A DNA stretch of 31,441 bases from Chloroflexota bacterium. GTDB taxonomy: Bacteria > Chloroflexota > Dehalococcoidia > Lucifugimonadales > Australimonadaceae. This document shows positions 1-7,153 of this stretch, one piece after another (position 1 is the first letter of the stretch; the number at the start of each line of letters is the position of its first letter). A model generated the notes under the pieces. It saw nothing but the letters and a program-made list of their open reading frames with translations, was not told where the DNA came from and did no database searches. The DNA is taken from NCBI GenBank assembly GCA_027618515.1, contig JAQCEV010000026.1:1-31441 (forward strand), in the 5' to 3' direction. A program made the translations under genes and the position numbers.

Positions 1-165
1 TTCCGCCTGGTTCTCCTCGTCATATTCCTGCTCCTTGTTGTTACGGGCACATCATGCCCGACCGGAGCAGAGAATCCACTTATCCCCACTGTTCAGTTTT
101 CCGGAGCCACCTCTGGCCGCACCATCAACGAGCTCGTATACGCGCTGGTGCGCCGCGAAAGCTAG
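1..165 (+). CDS. 3' end of an upstream gene (partial, runs off the window start). The hydrophobic C-terminal region ends ...TINELVYALVRRES. It may be an NfeD-like partner of the downstream SPFH gene.
   Basis: Frame-1 open from base 1 to TAG 163-165. Hydrophobic stretch FRLVLLVIFLLLVV. Sits directly upstream of an SPFH gene, the arrangement seen in nfeD-stomatin operons (established knowledge). Identity not demonstrable from 54 aa. Confidence 0.25.
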   Translation, partial: FRLVLLVIFLLLVVTGTSCPTGAENPLIPTVQFSGATSGRTINELVYALVRRES

Positions 166-260
166 CCCGCCGTCTCACCGGGCTTCATGCCTAGCCAGTG
201 ATGCAACGCGCCCATGTATCTGCCGGGGCGAGTCTGTCCTTAGCTGAGAACGGAGACGTA

Positions 261-1763
261 ATGGCCCGCATATCACGAGTGTTCTCGCCTGGTCTGATCG
301 CTGCTGGAGCCGCCCTCTTTTTGTTGGCGGCCTGCTTGGGTCCCGATTCGCCCCTTTGCGACACGGACACCGCGCCCCGCAGCATCACGCTCGGCATGCA
401 GACGGTGGACGGCGAGACGACCTCTATTCCTCGCGAAATCTCGCAGGTCGCGGGGGACTTGAACATCATCGACCTAACCGCGCGAATCTCCTACCGCGTA
501 GCAGATCAGGACGCGTACCTGAGGCACGTGGAGTCGGCAGACGATTGTCCAGACGCACGCCTGCTGCGCTCCGTCGCCCTGCCGTCCATGAGCGCCCAAG
601 CAGGGCGGCTCCATTCCGATGACCTCTTGTCGAGGAAGGAAGAGGCCGCGTTCCTGTCGGGCATGGAGGCAACCTCGCAGGCGCTGCTTGACGACTATGG
701 CACGGGTCTCGAAATCCTCGGTATCTCGCTGCTGAGTGCGAACTTGCCGTTCGAAGTGCAACCGACCGAAGACGACGTTGTCCAGGCGGAAGCAGATCGG
801 CGGTCGAAGATCGCCGAGGGCGAGGCGTACAGGGATGCAGCGCTCGAACGTGCCCGCGTCGACGCGACGCGGATCGTCGAGGACGCACAGGCAGAGTTGG
901 AGGCAGACAAAGGGGCCGCAGTCGCTCATTTGATGGCATTGAGTTCGGATACTCCTACACGAGAGCATCTCCAAGAGCTGGAATCCCTCATGCCCGGGTT
1001 CACGGCGTTCCTCAAAGAGCCGATGCCCAACGCCCCCACGACGGGATCGTTCGCGTCGTACGTCCCCACGCGCGCACCCACGACACCTGAACTTCGAACC
1101 GCCGTCCGACGGCAGGCTGTCGACGACGGCACCACGCCGCTGCTGTACACCGAAATCGCTGCCGACTATCCCGACGCGGAATCGCAGTTCATGGAAGTCA
1201 CCGCTTACGCCGTTTTTAGGATTATCAGCCCACCAGACGTGGAAGACATCCAGGATCGAGTCAAGCGGCTGATGGTTGCGTCCATCCGGGACGTGATAGG
1301 GAGAGGCCTTCGCGAAGAGTTGATGGGTTCATCGTTGGAAGTGGAATACGGCCCTCCATTCCGGGTCATCACTTCACCGATCTTCGCGGAAGACGGCCTG
1401 CTGTCCAGAGACAGCATCACAGCGCGGGTCGTCGCGATGGCGAACCCGCAAGCCAGCGAGTTCGGTCTGGAGATCGTCGACGTGCGTTTCAAGTACGTGA
1501 CATTCTTCGAAGGGGTTCGAGACGCTGTGTTGGCCAGGATGAGATCCGTGCGCGAATTCCGAGCTGACTGGCTGCGTGCGGAAGGGGAAGCGGAGTTGGC
1601 GTCTCTGATACATGATGCCGACGAGCTCGCAGCCGCCTTGGTTGCGAACGCCCGAACAGTTGCGCTCGTTGACCTCCTGATGGACCGGGCCCTCACTGAA
1701 CCCCGAGAGCGCGGGTTCAGTGAGCCGTTGTCCGCGTACCGCAGCTCGTTTCACGTCGACTAA
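261..1763 (+). CDS. SPFH/band-7 (HflK/HflC/stomatin-like) lipoprotein with two tandem SPFH-like segments joined by a Pro/Thr-rich linker
   Basis: ORF 198..1763. Likely start is ATG 261, with GGAG 5 nt upstream. N-terminus MARISRVFSPGLIAAGAALFLLAAC matches a lipoprotein signal with an LAAC lipobox. First segment: DLNIIDLTARISYRV ... coiled-coil AEADRRSKIAEGEAYRDAALERARVDATRIVEDAQAELE, typical of SPFH. Second segment: EVTAYAVFRI ... GLEIVDVRFKYVTF ... REFRADWLRAEGEAELA. Confidence 0.65.
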   Translation: MARISRVFSPGLIAAGAALFLLAACLGPDSPLCDTDTAPRSITLGMQTVDGETTSIPREISQVAGDLNIIDLTARISYRVADQDAYLRHVESADDCPDARLLRSVALPSMSAQAGRLHSDDLLSRKEEAAFLSGMEATSQALLDDYGTGLEILGISLLSANLPFEVQPTEDDVVQAEADRRSKIAEGEAYRDAALERARVDATRIVEDAQAELEADKGAAVAHLMALSSDTPTREHLQELESLMPGFTAFLKEPMPNAPTTGSFASYVPTRAPTTPELRTAVRRQAVDDGTTPLLYTEIAADYPDAESQFMEVTAYAVFRIISPPDVEDIQDRVKRLMVASIRDVIGRGLREELMGSSLEVEYGPPFRVITSPIFAEDGLLSRDSITARVVAMANPQASEFGLEIVDVRFKYVTFFEGVRDAVLARMRSVREFRADWLRAEGEAELASLIHDADELAAALVANARTVALVDLLMDRALTEPRERGFSEPLSAYRSSFHVD

Positions 1764-1766
1764 CGC

Positions 1767-2720
1767 CTAGCTGCCAAACACGGCCAAGAGCACGGCACCG
1801 GCGACCGAGAGGAGGATGCCTGCGACGACGCGCAGGTTGATGACCTCTAGGTGGCGGTTGAGCGTCCAGGAGAAGATGAGGGTGAAGACGGCGCCGGTGC
1901 GCATGAGCGGAGTGACGACCGCGACCGGGGCGACCGCCAGGGCCATGAACCGGAACATCTGCGCGAGGAACACGAACGTCCCAGCGCCCAAGAATAGGCG
2001 GACCGTGGACGGGCGCATGGCGGAGATGAGCCCGCGTCGCGCAGGGTGTATCAGCGTGAGCAGGAGGATTCCTGCGGCGGCCGAATAGGCGACCAACCCG
2101 CCGAAGATTGCCACATCGTCGACATCCCCGACGGCTGCTCTGATCAGGATCGGGCTTGTCCCGTACGCGCCGATGGTGGCGAACGCTGAGAGGTATCCCT
2201 CCACCTGCCGAAGTTCGAATGTTGGGGCTGCCGCAACTGCCTGCTCGTCGGTCGAGCCACCGCTCGGCGGTGGTGTGGTCTTGGCCGCAGGCTTGGCGCC
2301 ACGCTGAACCATGATGGTGGGGCCAATGATGATGAGGACGATGCCGAACCCCATGATCGGCGAGATGGTTTCGCCTAGGAACAGGAACGCGATCAGGATC
2401 GCGTACGGCACCGTTAGTGCCTGCACCGACCCTGCCCTGGTAGCGCCGATCGCGGCGGCGGCTCGGTAGTTGAAGTAGCGACCGACGCCGAAGTGCAGGA
2501 CTCCAGCTGCGGACAGCAGCAGGTAGCCTTTGAGTGGCACGTCCGGGGCATTGAAGAGCTGGCCGGTGACCAGCGATGCACCCAAGAACAGCGGCACTCC
2601 CAGTATCACCGTCACGAAAGCGCCAGCTGAGGCAGTCGCTTTCGCCAAGCCACGACGGGCCATCACCGAATTCATGCTGAAGCTGAGCGACGAGATGAGT
2701 GCGAGCGCGACGCCGAGCAT
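1767..2720 (-). CDS. EamA/DMT-superfamily membrane transporter (10 predicted TM segments, two EamA halves)
   Basis: 317-aa highly hydrophobic ORF with two repeated halves separated by a Pro/Gly linker (KTTPPPSGGSTDEQ). Start ATG 2718-2720 overlaps the stop of the upstream CoA-transferase as TAATG. Confidence 0.75.
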   Translation of the reverse strand: MLGVALALISSLSFSMNSVMARRGLAKATASAGAFVTVILGVPLFLGASLVTGQLFNAPDVPLKGYLLLSAAGVLHFGVGRYFNYRAAAAIGATRAGSVQALTVPYAILIAFLFLGETISPIMGFGIVLIIIGPTIMVQRGAKPAAKTTPPPSGGSTDEQAVAAAPTFELRQVEGYLSAFATIGAYGTSPILIRAAVGDVDDVAIFGGLVAYSAAAGILLLTLIHPARRGLISAMRPSTVRLFLGAGTFVFLAQMFRFMALAVAPVAVVTPLMRTGAVFTLIFSWTLNRHLEVINLRVVAGILLSVAGAVLLAVFGS

Positions 2721-3964
2721 TAAGCAATCACCCCGTCAGCGATCAACTGGCTGACCTGGGCATCCGTCATGCCTAGCTGCTGGGCTAGGACCTCCGTGGA
2801 ATGCTGCCCAAGGTCGGGCGGACTACTAGCCCCCACCGTAGGCGTACGCGAAAGCTTGATCGGGTTGCCCGCGAACCGGACCGAGCCCAACTCGGGGTGG
2901 TCGACATCCACGAACATGCCGCGTTCATTCACCTGGGGGTCGCGCGCGACCTCAGCGATGTTCTGCACCGGCCCCACCGGGATCCCCATGCCGCTCAGCA
3001 ACTCAACCCAATATTCGTTGGTGTTCTGGCGCAGGGCCTCTTCGATGATCGGGATCAATTCGTCGTAGTGCTGCGTGCGGCCCCACCCTGACTGGTAGCG
3101 CTCATCGTCGATCAACTCAGGGTGATCGATGGCTGCGCAGAACAACGGCCACATCTCCGTAGAGCCGCCCATGATCGCGACCACGAGATGTCCGTCGGCG
3201 GTCTCGAATGCCTGGAAGGGCGTCGAGCTGGGGTGTCGCGTGCCGATGCGCTCTGGAATCTCACCCAACGTGAAGTAGCGGGTGAATGCGTTCTCCATGA
3301 TCGCCACCTGGCAATCGAGCATGGAGATGTCTATGTACTGGCCTTCGTTGGACTTCTCACGTTCCAGCAGTGCACCTTGGATCGCAACGGTCGTGAACAG
3401 CGCTGCCGTGATATCGCCGATACTCGCGCCAGGGCGAACGGGCCCACGACCAGGCTCTCCCGTGATGCTCAGCATGCCGCCCATGCCCTGCACGATCACG
3501 TCTAGCGCAGGTCGCTTGGCGTACGGGCCTGACTGGCCGAACCCAGAGATGGATGCCATCACCAGTCGAGGGTTCCGGGCCTGGAGCGACTCGTATCCCA
3601 GACCGAACTTCTCCATCGTGCCCGGCCGAAAGTTCTCCACCAGCACGTCCGCTTTCTCCACCAGATCCAGCAGCAGCGCCGCACCTGCGGGCTTCGTGAG
3701 GTCTATCGCGATCGACCGCTTGTTGCGGTTGATGCTCATGAAGTACGAACTGAACGCGCCCGGCCCTTGGGCCATCGCCGCGACCTGCTTGCCGTCGGCG
3801 TCTTTCGTCAGGAAAGGCCCGTTGCCACGCGCGGGGTCGCCGAGCCCTGGCTGTTCGATCTTGATCACGTCCGCGCCGAAATCGGCTAGCAGCATCGTGC
3901 AGAACGGGCCGGACAGGATGCGGGTCAGATCAAGGACACTCAGACCATCTAGCGGACCGGGCAT
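2720..3964 (-). CDS. Family III CoA-transferase (CaiB/BaiF family)
   Basis: N-terminus MPGPLDGLSVLDLTRILSGPFCTMLLADFGADVIKIE is the family III CoA-transferase signature region. ATG 3964 is preferred (GAGGTG SD 6 nt upstream) over GTG 3973. Stop overlaps the EamA start (TAATG). Confidence 0.8.
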   Translation of the reverse strand: MPGPLDGLSVLDLTRILSGPFCTMLLADFGADVIKIEQPGLGDPARGNGPFLTKDADGKQVAAMAQGPGAFSSYFMSINRNKRSIAIDLTKPAGAALLLDLVEKADVLVENFRPGTMEKFGLGYESLQARNPRLVMASISGFGQSGPYAKRPALDVIVQGMGGMLSITGEPGRGPVRPGASIGDITAALFTTVAIQGALLEREKSNEGQYIDISMLDCQVAIMENAFTRYFTLGEIPERIGTRHPSSTPFQAFETADGHLVVAIMGGSTEMWPLFCAAIDHPELIDDERYQSGWGRTQHYDELIPIIEEALRQNTNEYWVELLSGMGIPVGPVQNIAEVARDPQVNERGMFVDVDHPELGSVRFAGNPIKLSRTPTVGASSPPDLGQHSTEVLAQQLGMTDAQVSQLIADGVIA

Positions 3965-4007
3965 GGCAGGCACCTCACGTACGGCGAATCAAACGCCCGC
4001 ATTCTAA

Positions 4008-4208
4008 CTCCGGGCTCGATTCTAGGCAGGTCGTGTAGCAAGTCGGGGCTCGCCCTCGGATCTCTTGGCTCCGCCGCCAGGACTAAAGGTCGCTCGGCGC
4101 TCCGGGGGCTCCGGGCTCGTTGGTAGGCAAGCCGTGTAGCCAGTCGGGGCTCGCTCTCGGATCTCTTCGCTCCGCCGCCAGGACTAAAGGTCGCTCGGCG
4201 CTCCGGGG
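4008..4208. repeat. Tandem direct repeat, 2 x about 100 bp (about 90% identical), noncoding
   Basis: Unit ctccgggctcg(a/t)t..taggca.g.cgtgtagc.agtcggggctcgc.ctcggatctctt.gctccgccgccaggactaaaggtcgctcggcgctccgggg is seen twice head-to-tail (4008-4108 and 4109-4208). Confidence 0.8.
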
Positions 4209-4766
4209 AGATTGATGGCGATGCGCTTTTGAGCGTCTCTCGGTTGATTTTTGTCGCGTTTGGGGCGGTCTGAGCGGGAATGAGCGGGCCGGTTTGCCTC
4301 TGGGACAAGCGATGTGGCTGGTTGATTGCTCCTGGGTGGTACCACGATCCACGAATGGGGTGGACTCAAAGTGGAGCATTTTGCGCCATTTACTCCTGAG
4401 ATGCGTCTCGAATGGTGGGTCCAAATGGGTCCACTTGGGTCCGTTGGCCCGGGTTCGGTGGGTGGTTGGATGGCGGCGGGAGTTTTGGTGGTGGAGGTGT
4501 CCAAGGTGTTCATTCAAGATGTCGCTCATGGAGTGCCCAGGAAGCAGGCCGTTACGCCAAGGTGCCGAGGTGTCGCTGCGTTTTCGGGTGTATTTTTTTC
4601 GACGGCTCGTTGAGCGGCTGTTGGGGGCTGGGTACCGGGGGTAGTTGGGTGGTCGAGGATGGCCATCTGACCACTATAGAAGAGCGGGTGCTACGGCGTA
4701 AGTAGCAAGTGTCAGTGTGGTCCGTGCAGTGGAGATCGACTGTAGGTGATGTGGATCGTGAACACG

Positions 4767-4865
4767 TCAGGCGCGGCTCCAGGCTTGGGGGGCGCCGACG
4801 CCGGGGACGATGGTGTCGGGGGAGGTGAAGCGAGCCAGGGCAGGATCGTAGTAGCGGGCGTTGTA
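4767..4865 (-). pseudogene. Orphan RHS/YD-repeat core C-terminal tip fragment (YNARYYDPALARFTSPDTIVPGVGAPQAWSRA*)
   Basis: Minus-strand translation gives NARYYDPxLARFTSPDTIVPG, the conserved end of the RHS repeat-associated core domain (established motif). It is preceded by an in-frame TAA and followed by only 10 codons, so no toxin domain remains. Confidence 0.5.
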
Positions 4866-4988
4866 TTAGGGCCGGGGGGGCACCCGTGCCGTCCCTGTCG
4901 GATTGGAGTGTGTCCTCTGCGGAGCCGTGGTACGCGTAGCGCTACACGCACGGTGATGACGGAGGTGAGCCAGGCTTGGTTCAAGCGT

Positions 4989-5432
4989 TCAACTGGCGCT
5001 CATCCGTATTAGCAGGCTTCCGAACCCGACGGTAGCGCTGCCCAGCAAAACGAGCTTAAGTGGCGACGATTTGTCGTCAACTCCGAGCATGCTATTACAC
5101 AGGCTCAGCATCAACGTGGTTGCACGGTGGTGACGAAACCGCAGGGAAAGCCCTGCGGCTATCCACACCGCCACACCTCCAACCACTGTCCCCACGGCGG
5201 CCACTCTGAACAAGGCTTCAAGCGCTGCTTGTGGGTCATCCTTGAATACTAGGACGATCCCGAAAATAAGAGCGGCCGCACCAGGCTGGATCGACCGGTA
5301 ATCTTTCTCCTGCCATGAGCTTGGAACAAATGGGCGGTTCATCCTGTAAAGCCAGGCATCGATTGGGTGCCTAAACAGAATCAAGACCGCGCCAAAAATG
5401 ATGTGAATCCATCCAACTCCCTCAACGCCCAT
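4989..5432 (-). CDS. Small membrane protein (3-4 TM), AT-rich relative to the genome. Possible RHS-associated immunity-like or decayed C-terminal-domain ORF.
   Basis: Translation MGVEGVGWIHIIFGAVLILF ... VAAVGTVVGGVAVWIAAGLSL ... LVLLGSATVGFGSLLI from ATG 5432. It lies immediately 3' of RHS fragment 2 on the same strand. About 53% GC against roughly 68% in flanking genes, judged by eye. Confidence 0.35.
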   Translation of the reverse strand: MGVEGVGWIHIIFGAVLILFRHPIDAWLYRMNRPFVPSSWQEKDYRSIQPGAAALIFGIVLVFKDDPQAALEALFRVAAVGTVVGGVAVWIAAGLSLRFRHHRATTLMLSLCNSMLGVDDKSSPLKLVLLGSATVGFGSLLIRMSAS

Positions 5433-5491
5433 CAGTAGAGTCCCAGGACGTGGTGTAAGAGACAGCAGGGCCTGGGACTCTACTCCGACGG

Positions 5492-5729
5492 GCCGGGGAC
5501 GATGGTGTCGGGGGAGCGAGGAGGGGGCGAGCGTGGGGTCCCTTCGGCTAGGCTCAGGACAGGCTCCGTAGCGGGCGTTGTAGTAGTAGAGGCCGGTGGC
5601 AGCGTCGAAGCATTGGCCGGTGTAGAGGCGGTCGGTGTCCGCCGTGCCAGTGCTGGCGCGCACGTTGCCCCATAGATCGTACGACGCTTCGTAGACGGCG
5701 GCGCCGGTGTCGTCGGTGACCCATCGAGA
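5492..5729 (-). pseudogene. Orphan RHS/YD-repeat core C-terminal fragment, frameshifted at the core end
   Basis: Minus-strand translation VTDDTGAAVYEASYDLWGNVRASTGTADTDRLYTGQCFDAATGLYYYNARY matches the RHS core end (YTGQxxDxETGLYYYxARYYDP). After NARY a 25-nt length difference relative to fragment 1 shifts the frame, so SPDTIVPG is encoded out of frame. There is no upstream core. Confidence 0.55.
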
Positions 5730-5963
5730 TCAATCGCGCTGGACGTCTTGATTATCATCACCTTTTGATTTGGCCCACCCCATCGATTCCCGATACCAGC
5801 GGCTGAGTCGACGACCCGATAGCAGACCGAGGAACTGTCCGACGCCAGTCCCCGCGGCAATGAAAATGCCCGCATTCGCTGGAACGCCCAACCGCTTGAC
5901 GGCGACTCCTCCCGCCGCCACGGCGATTCCAATGATCACGAAAAACAAAAGGGTGGTACGCAC
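5730..5963 (-). CDS. Small two-TM membrane protein (about 77 aa), AT-rich codons. Candidate immunity-type ORF preceding RHS fragment 2.
   Basis: GTG 5963 with AAGGGA 3 nt upstream. Translation VRTTLLFFVIIGIAVAAGGVAVKRLGVPANAGIFIAAGTGVGQFLGLLSGRRLSRWYRESMGWAKSKGDDNQDVQRD. Codons ctt ttg ttt ttc att are atypical for this genome. A longer 132-aa version from ATG 6128 lacks an SD. Confidence 0.3.
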   Translation of the reverse strand: MRTTLLFFVIIGIAVAAGGVAVKRLGVPANAGIFIAAGTGVGQFLGLLSGRRLSRWYRESMGWAKSKGDDNQDVQRD

Positions 5964-6385
5964 TAGTCCCTTGGATTTCTCATCGACCGTGCCGGTGCTA
6001 GCGCACGTTGTCCCGCGGGTGGTAAGGGATTCGTTGACGGCGGCGGTGCCGTTTGTGACCGGTTCGATGCTCAGGGCAACTCCTGGAAGTGGAGCGTAGG
6101 TGGTCGACGTAGCGCATGTCGGGGTCATGGTACGTGCGATATGGAGGGTTGTCTCGCTTCTGGCGGGAGTACGAAGGGGGAATGGCTTGTGTGGCTGGTG
6201 GCGAATGGCCCCTCTCCTCAGTCCTCTCCCGGAGGGCGAGGAGGCCCGCAGGGACTCTAGGTGGGCGAACGCAGTGGCTACAGTTGCCCAGGAGCGGGGA
6301 CGGTGAGAGGTTCTTCGAGTGCGGCGCTCGCGCGGCGCTGAGGAAACGACGGGGGGACGACCCGGCTACGTGAGCCACGCACGCC

Positions 6386-6841
6386 CTAAAGGCGCGGGTC
6401 CAGCTTGCTGAACAGCGCACGTGGGTTGGGCAGCAGGCCGCCGACGAACGCGAGTACGGCGATGCCAGCGATCAGCACGGCGACGTTGAAGGCGAAGTAG
6501 CCGGGTAGGCCGGCGAGCGTGAGGGCTCCGGACGCCAAGAGGAGCACGGCCCTGGTTGCGCCAGTCGCTAGACCACGCACCACGAGCAGGCCAAGGGCGC
6601 CTGCAGCCAGCGGCGCGAGCCCGAAGGCCAGCAGCGACGCTTCGCTGTCGCCCGTGACCACTACCCAGGCGACGAACACGTAGTTGAGGCCACCCAGGCC
6701 GAGCACGAGGATCGACGCGCCCAGCACGCTGGCGTCGCGATCCGCGACCATGCTGCTGCGCAGGGCCCCCATGGGCACGGCGAACGCGAGGCCCAAGATT
6801 ACGAGGATCACACCGAAGAGGATTGCTGCTTCCATAGGCAT
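6386..6841 (-). CDS. Hypothetical integral membrane protein (4 TM)
   Basis: Start MPMEAAILFGVILVILGLAFAV at ATG 6841. Four long hydrophobic segments. The longer 228-aa reading runs into the repeat array and is Arg/Pro-rich, so the N-terminal extension is not credible. Confidence 0.5.
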   Translation of the reverse strand: MPMEAAILFGVILVILGLAFAVPMGALRSSMVADRDASVLGASILVLGLGGLNYVFVAWVVVTGDSEASLLAFGLAPLAAGALGLLVVRGLATGATRAVLLLASGALTLAGLPGYFAFNVAVLIAGIAVLAFVGGLLPNPRALFSKLDPRL

Positions 6842-6858
6842 CCAGCTTAGCAGGCACG

Positions 6859-7153
6859 GCAGGGCATGGCCCTGCACCCATATGCGTCGTCGGGCGCTGG
6901 GGGCGATTGGCGTTGTTTGGTCCTGCGCGCTCGGCGTTTGGGCAGGGCGCGCCTTGCACCCGTATGCGTCGTCGGGCGCTGGGGGCGATTGGCGTTGTTT
7001 GATCCTGCGCGCTCGGCGTTTGGGCAGGGCACGCCCTGCACCCATATGCGTCGTCGGGCGCGCGATCTGCACGAGCGTGATGTGCGAAGGATCAAGCGAC
7101 GCTGGACCCCATTAGCGGCAGACGACGCTTATGGGTGCAGGGCCTTGCCCTGC
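6859..7153. repeat. REP-like intergenic element array: 82-bp tandem units, each starting with a palindromic hairpin gcagggcNNNgccctgc plus acccatatgcgtcgtcgggcg, closed by an inverted copy
   Basis: Hairpins at 6859-6875, 6942-6957, 7024-7039 and 7137-7153. The motif acccRtatgcgtcgtcgggcg follows the first three. Its reverse complement gacgacgcttatgggt precedes the fourth. The array fills the gap between the stop of DUF885 (7154) and the start of the 6386..6841 gene. Confidence 0.7.

Noticed and set aside
1717-2727. 336-aa minus-strand ORF overlapping the EamA gene in another frame
   Set aside because: Arg/Pro/His-rich. The in-frame EamA reading is hydrophobic and coherent.
3282-4007. 241-aa plus-strand ORF
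   Set aside because: Antisense to the CoA-transferase gene. Ser/Pro-rich.
4083-4705. Several 90-150-aa ORFs on both strands in the GT-rich tract
   Set aside because: Gly/Trp- or Pro/Thr/His-rich low complexity. No SD, no domain. The region looks like decayed DNA.
4008-7153. CRISPR array
   Set aside because: The two repeat loci have units of about 100 and 82 bp with no unique spacers between short repeats. No cas genes are present.
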